64,000 nt of DNA from Setoptus koraiensis (GCA_048013815.1 CM106586.1:4092001-4156000); one strand, 5' to 3'. Shown: positions 1-10,869, numbered from the stretch's first letter. Program-made: numbers and translations. Notes: generated by a model not told the origin, from the letters alone.

Positions 1-185
1 ATATTGAATGGATTAAATACGGATAGAGCTTTCTCTAGTCAACGAGATATACTAATAATAGAGTATCTGTGAGAGAATACAAAATAACGTTCATCTTGGC
101 TTTGTAACAGAATCATATAATTATATACTATCATATAATATCCATATATAAATCATATTATTAATACAATAATCAAGAGATTCAC

Positions 186-536
186 TCAGAATCCGTGGAC
201 CTTCAACTGGTCTGGTTTGGCAAGATTGATTTTGGTCAAGAATGCACAAATATTATTACGTTGATCTCCCTGCAATTGAATGACTTCGCCGTACTCGGGG
301 TGTTCCACAACTGTCCCGTTGCAAGCAAATTCTTTTTTGCATGCCTTGACAATTTTCTTCTTATCGTAATCGTCACTGATGCCCTGTACGGTGGTCAAAG
401 TTTTACGTCCGCTTCTCTGTTGTATCCTAATATGAATTAAACCGTCCTGTATGCCCTGGTCGTCGGCCTTGTTAGCATCTGCAAATGGGTCATACTTTTT
501 TAAATTTTGAATGCTACCGCCTTCTGGCTCTTTCAT
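186..536 (-). CDS. EIF1: Eukaryotic translation initiation factor 1 (SUI1), intronless, 116 aa, with a 7-aa N-terminal extension
   Basis: Diagnostic eIF1 sequence: SIQNL..DPFADA, IHIRIQQRSGRKTLTTVQGI, KKEFACNGTVVEHPEYGEVIQLQGDQR, C-terminal KVHGF. Confidence 0.98.
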   Translation of the reverse strand: MKEPEGGSIQNLKKYDPFADANKADDQGIQDGLIHIRIQQRSGRKTLTTVQGISDDYDKKKIVKACKKEFACNGTVVEHPEYGEVIQLQGDQRNNICAFLTKINLAKPDQLKVHGF

Positions 537-560
537 GTTTTTTTGGTGATGTAATTAATT

Positions 561-1237
561 ATTATAATTAATAATCAATTATAACAATAGCAGTTATGAG
601 TAATAATAATAAAGATGATCGTGGTGCTTCTAGTGCTAGTGCTAGTGGTGATGGTGGTAGTAATCGCTACAGCACTCTAATAATGACGAAAAAGATAATA
701 AATGTGATAGTAATAATAGTGATAATAATAATAATAATAGTAATAGTAATAATAGTAGTAATAATATATACTATCAAGACCTGATTTGCTTGACGATAAT
801 AAATATAAATTGTATACGTTGTATATATGTTATTGTTGTGTGTATCATGGTTACTTCTCTCTCTCTCTCTCCCTCTTTCTCTCTCTCGCTCTTTTTCCCT
901 CTTTCTCTCTCTACAGTGTGACAGCCATTCAGTGTCCGAAATGTCGATGTGAAAAAAATCCGCTAGGCGCGCTGTTGACTCTGCAAACGCACAACGAAGC
1001 CAGCAGTGTTTTGTTAAATGTTTCTCTTTCTTGATTTCGTGTTATAGCGGGAATAGAGACCAGTAGAAAGAGTAGGCGCGGTTCTTTGACGCGATGCGAG
1101 CATTGCTTGTTGTGCGGTTCGCTATTCTACACCAAGAGCTGTGCTTCTTTTGCAATTCATCGGGAAAGCATAGCAGCGCCGCCCTTGCGGAGTTCTTCGC
1201 GTTAATGTTTAGAACACTGTGGAGTGGGCATATAGTG
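561..1237. repeat. Left arm of a ~680-bp inverted duplication (partner 2677-3369)
   Basis: By-eye alignment to the reverse complement of 2677-3369 gives 6 substitutions (663, 1170, 1186, 1197, 1231, 1233) and a 16-bp difference in the (CT)n tract. Confidence 0.97.
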
Positions 1238-2163
1238 GCTGGTATGCGCATGTGGCCGCTTAGGGTCGTACTAATCTTGTGTACCCTAAAAGATTAGGGT
1301 ACGACTTTAGTGCGGCTAGTTTCTCAAATAGCACTAACCGCTGACTTGGATCGGTACGGCCTTTTGGCGGATTTTTCAAAACGGTCAATAATTTTTCGAT
1401 CGAAACAATCGAAAATAAGCGGCAATTTCGCAAGTACCAACAATCAAAAGAATGTTCAGGTAATAGCGGTGGTTCTTTGTTAATCAAATTTTCATCATTG
1501 CCGGTGATTTCCTCATTGAAAAACGAAGCCTATAAATTGATATTAGAAGACACTTCATTGACGGTCGAAATTTACCCTTCAACTACTATGAAAAGCGATT
1601 TCCCCACCATCATAGCTGATTTTGCGAAGGTTTCGATCTTCACAAAAACGGGCTTGCACAAACCATCTGATTGATTGCAGAGAAAATCTAGCTAAAATTG
1701 ATCCAACCCATCCACTCAAACTGCCGTTTCAGCCGCAAAAATTGGGCTCGAGAATGCACAGTTCAGACCAGAGCCTAGTGCAGCGGTTTTAGGGCGGCTC
1801 TTGGGGTTTGTTCGACTGTGAGAATCAAAAAAGTGCGAGTTGTGAATAATATTGTGCCTACAGTTCTACATGCGAATACTATAGCGGCTATAGTATAGCC
1901 GGCACATCTCTCCGTCTCTCTCTCTCTCTGCCTGTTTCCCTTCACTCATTTATTTATATAGGTGCAACTCATGGATATTAACGGGTATTTTGCGGATATT
2001 CACAGATCATCCGTCACATATTTTTTCGAGGGTTGGGGTCGGGTTTTACCCTAAATTTCCTTCCAAACGGGTCGGGTATCCGTCAAGAATGTCCGTGCCC
2101 ACCTCTAGTCGGTAGCCGTCAGTTCATTCGTTCGCTCACGCATTCGACGACACAACGTGTCAC

Positions 2164-2166
2164 ACA

Positions 2167-2205
<39 letters not shown>
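2164..2205. repeat. (CA)n microsatellite
   Basis: Direct reading. Confidence 0.95.
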
Positions 2206-2208
<3 letters not shown>

Positions 2209-2605
2209 TCTAAAATTCACACAAGCACTGCATACTGACACTGCTTGAAGCGGTTGACGAACGTGTATGTGTGTTTCTCTGTGTGAGTGATAGCATCAGA
2301 GATCAGACAGGATGGAAATATAGGGTGTACCAAATTATCGATCAGGCTATAAAACACACTGTGCTGCACACGAGCACAGGATTCTTCACTATATCCTCCA
2401 TGTGCGGCCTGTACCAGCGCTAATAATGCTTTGTGCGTGCATCTACCAGGCAGGAGTTATAAGCTTCTGCAATTGAATTCATTTACTGGTGGCTGTGCTG
2501 AAGCTTAAACTGTGCATCGGGAGCATTCGGCGTTTATTTTAAAATATGAACTGACGAACATACACACAATAATCAATGCTAGTTGGCAGTTCTGTTTGAT
2601 ACACC

Positions 2606-2616
2606 CTATATAAATA
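2606..2616 (+). promoter_or_regulatory. TATA-like element facing YTHDF, just upstream of the right arm
   Basis: CTATATAAATA. A second CTATAAAA lies at ~2347. Motif match only. Confidence 0.3.
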
Positions 2617-2676
2617 CATGAGTGAAGAGTAAGAGGTAGAGAGAGAGAGAGAAAGAGAGATATAGAAAGAGAGATG

Positions 2677-3038
2677 CACTGTGTGCCCACTCCACAGTGT
2701 TCTAAACATTAACGCGGAGAACTCCGCGAGGGCGGCGCTGCTACGCTTTCCCGATGAATTGCAAAAGAAGCACAGCTCTTGGTGTAGAATAGCGAACCGC
2801 ACAACAAGCAATGCTCGCATCGCGTCAAAGAACCGCGCCTACTCTTTCTACTGGTCTCTATTCCCGCTATAACACGAAATCAAGAAAGAGAAACATTTAA
2901 CAAAACACTGCTGGCTTCGTTGTGCGTTTGCAGAGTCAACAGCGCGCCTAGCGGATTTTTTTCACATCGACATTTCGGACACTGAATGGCTGTCACACTG
3001 TAGAGAGAGAAAGAGGGAAAAAGAGCGAGAGAGAGAAA

Positions 3039-3077
<39 letters not shown>

Positions 3078-3369
3078 AACCATGATACACACAACAATAA
3101 CATATATACAACGTATACAATTTATATTTATTATCGTCAAGCAAATCAGGTCTTGATAGTATATATTATTACTACTATTATTACTATTACTATTATTATT
3201 ATTATTATCACTATTATTACTATCACATTTATTATCTTTTTCGTCATTATTAGAGTGCTGTAGCGAATACTACCACCATCACCACTAGCACTAGCACTAG
3301 AAGCACCACGATCATCTTTATTATTATTACTCATAACTGCTATTGTTATAATTGATTATTAATTATAAT
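2677..3369. repeat. Right arm of the inverted duplication (partner 561-1237)
   Basis: Reverse complement of 561-1237. The ORF track shows mirrored ORFs (596..784 + vs 3146..3334 -; 1094..1297 + vs 2539..2820 -). Confidence 0.97.
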
Positions 3370-3382
3370 TAACAAGTTAGTC

Positions 3383-6300
3383 ATGAAAGATGACCCATCC
3401 TCCTACGACGCCCAATCGTCGTGGACCTCACGGACTTCGCATGCACAAAATGTCTATAATAATTCTAGTGCAGTACAATCATCAAGCAATGCTCGGGCTG
3501 GTCCCCCTCCATCTTCTTCGGCTGCCGCCGCTAATCTAGCTGGACAATATCATCAAATGCAATCTGCCGCAGCGGCAGCTCATAACTATTATCAATCACA
3601 TCTTTATTCTGCTTATCAGGGGCACCCTCCGGATCATCATGCTGCTGTCGCCGCTGCTGTTGCCGCCCAACATGCTCATCAACAATCCAACCCCCAAGCT
3701 ACAGCTACTTTGAATCACGGACCAGCAGGCTGGTCACCAAGTGGTGCACCTCCCCAACCTCATCATGCTGTTGTTACAGACCCCGCACTTGCATACATGG
3801 CTTATCAAAATCACACTACTACTGTCGCCGATCATCATCATCATCGCAACTCTAATGGACCTATGTCGGCGCAATCTTTATCCTCAGGCACAGGGCCTCA
3901 TGCTCCGCCACAGGCTTCGACTTATCCTGTAGATGCTATGTACAGCCAATCGGCAGCCGCTGCGTATGGTTATAATAATTACAATGCCTATTTTCAGCCG
4001 CCTAACAGCGGTCCACATAATCAAGCAGGTCACCCAAATCCGGCTGATGTTGCAACTCATCAATACTGGAATCACTCACAGTCGATAGCACAACAGCGGA
4101 CTGCTCACACTCAAGCGGTGGCCGTGTCAGCTACTGGGGCGACTGTTCAGCAAAGGCCATCCTTGAATAGCGAACAGGCTGCTAATTACTTGCATGACCC
4201 TCGAATGTATTACGGTAGGCCAGCAACAGGGTATCCTCACCAAAGCTTGCAAGCTTTTGGCCAGGCGCAGCATACTCAGCCTCAGCAGCAGCAAACCCAG
4301 CAATCTGAAATTATGCACCACCAAATATCCGCAATGTCGCAGCATCAGATGCAGCAGCACCAACAACAGCAGCAATTGCAGCAACAGCATCAAGTTGCAC
4401 AGGAGCACCAACAAATTCAGCAGCACCAACAACAGCACCAGACTCATCAGCAACATCAGCAACAACATCAACAACATCAGCAACAACATCAGCACCAACA
4501 ACAACAACAGCATCATCATCAGCGGCAGCAGCAACAGCAAATACAATTGCAATTGCACCAACAACAGAAACAACAAGAACAAGAGCAGCAGCAACAGGAG
4601 CAACACAAACACCAAGAGCAACACAAACACCAAGAGCAGCAAAAGCAACAAGAGCAACAGAAACAGCAAGAGCAACAGAATCAGCACGAACAACAGAAAC
4701 AGCAAGAGCAACAGAAACAGCAAGAGCAACAAAAACAAGAGCAACAGAAACAACAAGAGCAACAAAAACAACAGGAGCAACAAAAGCATCAGGAGCAACA
4801 GAAACAGCAAGATCAGCAGAAACAGTTACATCAACAAAAGGAGCAATTGAAACAACAACAAGATCAGCTGAAGCAACAACAAGTGCTCCAACAGCTGACC
4901 CAGCCTACAAGACCGAATTCTCAACAATCAGTGAAACTAGCTCAGAAGTTGCCTCAACTATCAGATCAGGATAATTCTAATAAAGATATAAGACAAAAAT
5001 CCCATGGGTCTACGCAACCTCAGTCTTTTGCTCCGACAATCGATGTCGTTCAGCAATCCCAACAAGATATCAAAAGTGTACCTAGGGTTGATGATCAAGA
5101 GGCAAATAAGGGCAGTAAAATGGATACAAGTATTTCCGCTCCAGGCACTAATGCAACCAAGCAAATACGTGAGATATCTTCGAATAGATCAAATGAACCA
5201 ACTCTAGACGGTCCAAATGTCGAGTTGCGTGAAGACGAGATTTCGCAACCTCAGTCTCTGCCAGCTAGATTGTCTAGCCCCCATCAAGCAACCAGACCGG
5301 TGCGTCAAGAAATCAATAGAAATCCTCCTCAACAATCTCATCAGCCGACTTTTTCTAGAAATCGAAACCATGTCAATGCTCAGGGAAGCATATTGGGCCC
5401 TATTGCTGGTAATACCAACTCTAATAGCCTTAGTAGCCCCAACAATTCGAAAGAGAGAGGAGCGAATAGGCCGTATGAGTCGACGTCATTCAATCGTCAG
5501 CAAACGCAGCCTGAGCCATATAACTCCAACAAACAGGACAAAAATTCTGTCATGGCCACTAAAACTGACATCTCATCCAACCTTAGTTCCATGAATATAA
5601 GCGTACCGCGCAAGACAACTTGGGCTTCAATAGCTGGTCAGCCTGCCAAAATGGCGCAGCCGAAGTCTTTGAAATCTAAAATAGCTGCTTCTAACTCAGT
5701 GCTTTCATCTGCAAAACATTTGGCCGCTGCTGCCATCGATTCGGTAGGACTCGACTCTAAAAATGGAATCAACCCAGCTATCAAGAATAGCGTCACCGCC
5801 GCAACAACTGTATCACGTCCATCTCTTCCACCGGTTGTGATGAATACAACTGTTGTCGTAAATAAAGAGACTGAAGCGGGGTCTTTGGGACCTTATGCAG
5901 ATTCTGTTGCGTCCAACATTTCTTGGCCAGCTGTGTCTGCGTCTATGGAGCAATCACAGAACTCATCACAGTCATCTGCTCAGTTCAATGCCTCAATCAG
6001 AAACGCTGCTTTTGGGCCGAACACAAGAAAAACGCCACCCACAACAGCTTCGGTAGTTGCTGGAAATTCCGGCTCTTATAACGCAACGATCAATTCAGCA
6101 ATTGGTACTACATCAAGCCAATTGAGAGGCTCCGACAATAACAAAGAGCTTGTTAAACGGAACAAAAATAGTGAACCTAGTAGCTACCACGATTTTCGTC
6201 GTGAGCAATCTGGTCCGAGAGATTTCTCTAGGAGTGATGATCGAACTTACAAAATCCTTCCGCATCGTGATCGTCAAACTAGGACTGACGCGGGTGATGG

Positions 6301-7789
6301 CCTACGTGATAGCATTTCTTCTGGAAAGAGTGGTGATTCCGGCCCCCTCCAAAGTCATGGAGTTAATAGACGCGATTCTGCTGAGGGACAAAGTGAAGTT
6401 GGGGACTCTTTACCCAAAACAAATGTAGGTGATTCGCGGCGGCTCGACGTGCGCGATTTGCGTGAACTAAAACAAACCAGTGAACTTGAGAGGCCATCTA
6501 TTAGTATTCAAAATCGTAATGATGATAGGTCCAAAGATATGGAATATATTGAGCCACGTGACTTCAGAAATCTCAGAACTGGCCCAAGGGATCACAATGA
6601 TAATCATGGGACAACTCTAAAATCTGGTTCTTACAACAAGTCTGTCACAAGTGATAGAGATTGGGATGGTGAAGGAAGGGATCAACATCATTATAGAGAA
6701 CCAAGAAGGGATGTACGCAATGATTACAATGCACCTCGCGACTTCAGATCTGGACCCGTGCGAAGTATTCAGTATCGTGACGATCAACATCACGATAGGG
6801 ATTACCCTAGCAATCGAATAAATTCTGATAGAAACAATGATGGTTACAATAACTCTAGGCACCCAAATAATAGAGTAGATCAAAAGAGAGACTACCATAC
6901 GTCTTCACACCACAATAGAAATGATTCATCGTTACCCGCAGGAGGGCCTCAGAATCATCACTACAACAGCGTGAGAGACGGGATTAGCGCGAGTAGCAAA
7001 TTACCACCAGCTATACTGTCATCTTACCCTCATTTGAATCCGATCAATTTCAATCCAGTGGAACTTGATCTCAATCCGAAGAACGCTAGATATTTCATCA
7101 TTAAATCTTACAGCGAAGATGATATACATCGATCTATCAAATATTCTATTTGGTGCTCAACCGAACGCGGCAATGAGCGTCTCGATGACGCCTATCGTGA
7201 GCAAAAAGCCAAGGCTGGTTCTGTTTTTTTGTACTTTTCTGTTAATGGTTCTGGACATTTCTGTGGTATGGCAAGAATGATGTCACCTGTAGATTTTAAT
7301 TCTTCTTCTGGTGTATGGGCACAAAGTAAATGGAAGGGAGAATTCAAAGTTAACTGGATATTCATTAAGGATGTTCCAAACAGTCAATTGCGTCACATAA
7401 AATTAGAGAATAATGAAAACAAACCAGTCACAAATTCCCGTGACACCCAAGAGGTTCCTAGTGAGAAAGGCAAAGCTGTTATGAAGATAATTCACCAATA
7501 TCAGCATTCGACATCTATTTTTGATGATTTTCCACATTATGAAAAACGCCAAGAAGTAGAAAGCTTGAGGAAAGCTGCACCTCAGCAGTCCATAAGTTCT
7601 TTGGCAACAACGAAGCCTCCCCCTCTCGTCATTTCATCATCAAATGTTGGTCAACAAAAGAATAACATGCATATTTCTAAAAGTAGTAACCCTATATCTT
7701 ATACAAGGGATTCTTCATTATCTCATAGAGATTCTATCATTTCAAGAGAGCGATCGAGTGGCAATTGGAATTCGTCCAGTAGGTATTAA
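3383..7789 (+). CDS. YTHDF: YTH domain family m6A reader (YTHDF-type), intronless, 1468 aa
   Basis: C-terminal YTH domain (~7085-7500): [70 protein letters not shown]. All three cage tryptophans are present. RKTTWASIA matches the conserved YTHDF mid-region motif. Long Q/H/P/Y-rich N-terminus. Confidence 0.96.
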   Translation: MKDDPSSYDAQSSWTSRTSHAQNVYNNSSAVQSSSNARAGPPPSSSAAAANLAGQYHQMQSAAAAAHNYYQSHLYSAYQGHPPDHHAAVAAAVAAQHAHQQSNPQATATLNHGPAGWSPSGAPPQPHHAVVTDPALAYMAYQNHTTTVADHHHHRNSNGPMSAQSLSSGTGPHAPPQASTYPVDAMYSQSAAAAYGYNNYNAYFQPPNSGPHNQAGHPNPADVATHQYWNHSQSIAQQRTAHTQAVAVSATGATVQQRPSLNSEQAANYLHDPRMYYGRPATGYPHQSLQAFGQAQHTQPQQQQTQQSEIMHHQISAMSQHQMQQHQQQQQLQQQHQVAQEHQQIQQHQQQHQTHQQHQQQHQQHQQQHQHQQQQQHHHQRQQQQQIQLQLHQQQKQQEQEQQQQEQHKHQEQHKHQEQQKQQEQQKQQEQQNQHEQQKQQEQQKQQEQQKQEQQKQQEQQKQQEQQKHQEQQKQQDQQKQLHQQKEQLKQQQDQLKQQQVLQQLTQPTRPNSQQSVKLAQKLPQLSDQDNSNKDIRQKSHGSTQPQSFAPTIDVVQQSQQDIKSVPRVDDQEANKGSKMDTSISAPGTNATKQIREISSNRSNEPTLDGPNVELREDEISQPQSLPARLSSPHQATRPVRQEINRNPPQQSHQPTFSRNRNHVNAQGSILGPIAGNTNSNSLSSPNNSKERGANRPYESTSFNRQQTQPEPYNSNKQDKNSVMATKTDISSNLSSMNISVPRKTTWASIAGQPAKMAQPKSLKSKIAASNSVLSSAKHLAAAAIDSVGLDSKNGINPAIKNSVTAATTVSRPSLPPVVMNTTVVVNKETEAGSLGPYADSVASNISWPAVSASMEQSQNSSQSSAQFNASIRNAAFGPNTRKTPPTTASVVAGNSGSYNATINSAIGTTSSQLRGSDNNKELVKRNKNSEPSSYHDFRREQSGPRDFSRSDDRTYKILPHRDRQTRTDAGDGLRDSISSGKSGDSGPLQSHGVNRRDSAEGQSEVGDSLPKTNVGDSRRLDVRDLRELKQTSELERPSISIQNRNDDRSKDMEYIEPRDFRNLRTGPRDHNDNHGTTLKSGSYNKSVTSDRDWDGEGRDQHHYREPRRDVRNDYNAPRDFRSGPVRSIQYRDDQHHDRDYPSNRINSDRNNDGYNNSRHPNNRVDQKRDYHTSSHHNRNDSSLPAGGPQNHHYNSVRDGISASSKLPPAILSSYPHLNPINFNPVELDLNPKNARYFIIKSYSEDDIHRSIKYSIWCSTERGNERLDDAYREQKAKAGSVFLYFSVNGSGHFCGMARMMSPVDFNSSSGVWAQSKWKGEFKVNWIFIKDVPNSQLRHIKLENNENKPVTNSRDTQEVPSEKGKAVMKIIHQYQHSTSIFDDFPHYEKRQEVESLRKAAPQQSISSLATTKPPPLVISSSNVGQQKNNMHISKSSNPISYTRDSSLSHRDSIISRERSSGNWNSSSRY
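4270..4890 (+). repeat. Coding polyQ/QH tract with an 18-nt (QQKQQE-type) tandem unit at ~4600-4830
   Basis: Direct reading of DNA and translation. Confidence 0.9.
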
Positions 7790-8131
7790 GATTTTAAGTA
7801 AAGAAAAAAGTATTATAGTAATAATTTATGATCCAAATATTATAAATTTATCATAAATAAAAAAAAACTTACACATTTTTCAAGAGGCAATCATTGCAAT
7901 GAATATATTATTATTTATCTAAAATCATCTACAACGAGGTCCTACTGCAGATCATAATAAACTCATGAATATACACTTAAGTGTATGTATATATATAATG
8001 ATAATTCAACGTCTATATCAGGATGGACTGCAAAGCTTTGTCCGTAACATATTTTATTAGAATCTAACTAAAGACATGGATCATAAATGTACAAATTCTC
8101 GTGTGCGGAAATTTATCTACGAGATAAATAC

Positions 8132-9142
8132 TCAAGCAAAGTTTAATCGTTTTGCCACAGGTCCAACGGGGTCCGGATGAGGCCTTTTTGATGCAGTGGA
8201 TCTCTTTTCTATTTCGTCTTTGATTTCTTTAGGTAATGGTAATGACTCTGGGGGTGTTGGATATGGTTTATTGATGAAGTATGGCATTTTCAAAGCCTTT
8301 GTACAATCGCATCTATTCAATGGATATAACATAAGCATACTAGTCAGAAGATCGATAGCATCTTCGCCTATTGCCGTGAAAATTTCTCTGAGAGGTATTC
8401 CATTTTGAGGCATCCGAAATGCTACGTAATCGGGAAGATGTTTGACGCCTGGCCAGTTGGTATCATTTGGAGTTCCTAAGACTGACATGATCTTCTCTAA
8501 TTGCTCTAAATCTGACTCACCTGGCAAAAACGGTGCCCTGAGAAATAGTTCGGCTAGAATACAACCTACAGCCCAAATGTCCACTCCAGTGCCATACATT
8601 CTGGCACCGAACAACAGTTCTGGTGCACGATACCATCTAGTTACAACCTGATGAGTGTATATCCGTGTTGGTGATCCGAATGAGCGCGCAAGACCGAAAT
8701 CGGCAATTTTAAGAATATTATTACTATTAAGCAGTAAATTGTTTGGTTTGAGATCACGATGCAATATCCAATTGAGATGTAAGTATTCTAAGCCTTTTAG
8801 AGTCATTAATATATAAGACTTAATATGAGCTGGAGTGAGAACAATACTGTTGTCTCTGATTATAACCTCTAGATCTGTCTCCATGAATTCGAACACTAGA
8901 GATACACTAGACCTATGTCCATAGACGTCTAGTAAGGCTATGATATTTTCATGGCTGAGCTCCTGTAGTAGTTTGACCTCTCTCAAGGCAGTTCTATTGA
9001 CACCATCACGTGCTTCGTGCCGAGTGCCTAACTTGATCTTCTTTATTGCAACCAGGCTATCCGTTTCGGTATCCCTAGCTTTGTATACCCTAGCAAACTG
9101 ACCCTCCCCAATATATCCATCTTTGGCGTACCTAGAAGACAT
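8132..9142 (-). CDS. CDK7: Cyclin-dependent kinase 7 (CAK catalytic subunit), intronless, 336 aa from MSSRY
   Basis: GEGQFA P-loop, NRTALRE helix, [20 protein letters not shown]-loop [19 protein letters not shown]. Similarity starts at the Met at 9142; the upstream 48 codons of the track ORF are not kinase-like. Confidence 0.96.
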   Translation of the reverse strand: MSSRYAKDGYIGEGQFARVYKARDTETDSLVAIKKIKLGTRHEARDGVNRTALREVKLLQELSHENIIALLDVYGHRSSVSLVFEFMETDLEVIIRDNSIVLTPAHIKSYILMTLKGLEYLHLNWILHRDLKPNNLLLNSNNILKIADFGLARSFGSPTRIYTHQVVTRWYRAPELLFGARMYGTGVDIWAVGCILAELFLRAPFLPGESDLEQLEKIMSVLGTPNDTNWPGVKHLPDYVAFRMPQNGIPLREIFTAIGEDAIDLLTSMLMLYPLNRCDCTKALKMPYFINKPYPTPPESLPLPKEIKDEIEKRSTASKRPHPDPVGPVAKRLNFA

Positions 9143-9429
9143 GATGTATTGATTGCTAAAATAATATATGCTCTGACAATGAAGAGAATACCTTCTAAAA
9201 GAATAAATAAATTTTATTTTGAACTGCGATAATTTTCTCTTTGATACACTTGTAATGCCAACTAGCACACTATCAATGAGCGGCAAATTTGAACACGTTT
9301 ATTCTAAAAAAGTGAAAAAATGGATTGTCCGACAGTGCCCCCTCTAGAATACCTTTGGATCGAAAACTCTCTCACGAACTGACCAGTAAAATAGAATACG
9401 GCTTTCGTGCATTCGATCGAGCCCGACTA

Positions 9430-9869
9430 TTAGAGGTCAATGCAATATTTTCTTGTATTTGTATATTGTTTGTAGACGCTCATCTGATATTTGCGAACTT
9501 CACCAACTGAAAATTTGACCTCTGATAGATCTAGGATTCCTTCGAGAGGGATTCTGACTCACCCCGCTTAAGATGATATTCATATTTCGCATTGGCCCTT
9601 ACAGTTGATTGAACATAGACAACTAACTGGGGCCTCAAAATGAACGTAGACTCGTCAAAATTCCCGTCTGTGACAAGTGCATTGTGACTGAAGAAACACG
9701 TTTGGACTGTCAGCCGACATTCACTGAATGGATTAAATGAGTGCGGTGCAATCTCATAGTCGTAGACTTGATGATGGATATCAGTAGATGGATAGGTTTC
9801 TTAAAAAAACTATCGTTTTGTTTTATAACCAGAGCAACCGACTTGGGGATTAATCATACTCGCCGCCAT
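9430..9869 (-). CDS. Candidate three-exon small gene, 107 aa, join(9869-9860, 9799-9563, 9506-9430), product unrecognised
   Basis: A 237-nt stop-free internal exon flanked by a 60-nt GTATGA...TTTTTTTAAG intron and a 56-nt GTGAGT...TTTTCAG intron, with compatible phases. No homology recognised. Confidence 0.3.
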
Positions 9870-10869
9870 AGGGCGCTACGGTTCGCTCGGATCTCCAAGA
9901 AATGAGTGAATGTGAGATCATTGATTGAACAAAATACCCATTAAGTTTTTTTTAACATGAGTTTGAATGAGAGTTACCGATTGTTCATCTCTATTAAGCT
10001 AGCCAAGTTAAATGGCCGCTGCTGAGTTTCCATCTGGCTGAATGATATTCGAATTCGTTATCGCCTAGACGATAAATTAAAATTTTGATAATTTACGATG
10101 AAGCAAGATAATTTCATCACCCTACTTATTGAGATCGTCGCTCCGATATTGGGTCAATTGATTCAGCAACTCTTGAGGTTTTTCGGTAAGTCAATCGATC
10201 GCTTAGTGGCAATGATCTAATTACTGTCTATTGCGTGTGTATGTTAGTCAATGCAAAATGGAAATGATTTATTGCCGTTCAATAGAGTAAGTAGACAGAC
10301 CGGATCGGGATTGGAATCAGAGCAAAACAGGAGACGGCATTGGAAAATGAAGCGAATAGTATTGAGTTGTTTTGGCTGCAAAAAGTAGTAAATGAGAGGT
10401 TTCAAAGCGAAAAACTCTCGCTGCTCGATTGGTGATGATGGATATGCGAGACAAAATTAAACATCTGACAGGCAGTGAAACTGATAGTAGACATACATTC
10501 GTACAAAGTATCCAATTTTTCAGCTAATTGAGTTATCGAGAGTATGTTAAATGCATTTTTTTTTTTGTATTTGAGCTGTTTGGCAGTTGTGTAAAATAAA
10601 GGTGGGACTTTGTCGTTGAGAGAAGGCAAGCAATGAAATAAGATCAATATGATTATATATGAGCAACTATTCGCCACATTATATGTCAGTCAACATTTTC
10701 AGCTGATTATGATTGATGTGGGTGATTGTTGTCAGGGAAATGAAACGTTTTTTGATATTCATCTGATGGAGCGAAATGGTGATAAAGTTTCCCTCTTTGA
10801 ATTGACGTTGCTGTTGTTGAAGCACGCAAGGTTCGAAAGGAAAAATCTACGAGCAAACTAAATAAATCG

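Noticed and set aside
596-784. MSNNNK... ORF and its mirror at 3146-3334
   Set aside because: Translation of AT-rich (TAA/TAG)n repeats antisense to the leaders; it is duplicated only because of the inverted repeat.
561-3369. Reading the inverted repeat as a long-TIR (foldback/MULE) transposon
   Set aside because: No convincing target-site duplication (best 6/9), no transposase, and excision would leave two housekeeping ATGs about 40 bp apart.
4127-4850. Poly-Leu (-) and poly-Ser/Asn (+) ORFs over YTHDF
   Set aside because: Shadow frames of the polyQ tract.
9143-9286. 48-aa N-terminal extension of CDK7 in the ORF track
   Set aside because: Starts at a non-ATG codon, is AT-rich and UTR-like, and kinase similarity begins at MSSRY.
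9913-9923. bantam-like 11-mer TGAGATCATTG
   Set aside because: The match stops after 11 nt and there is no hairpin.
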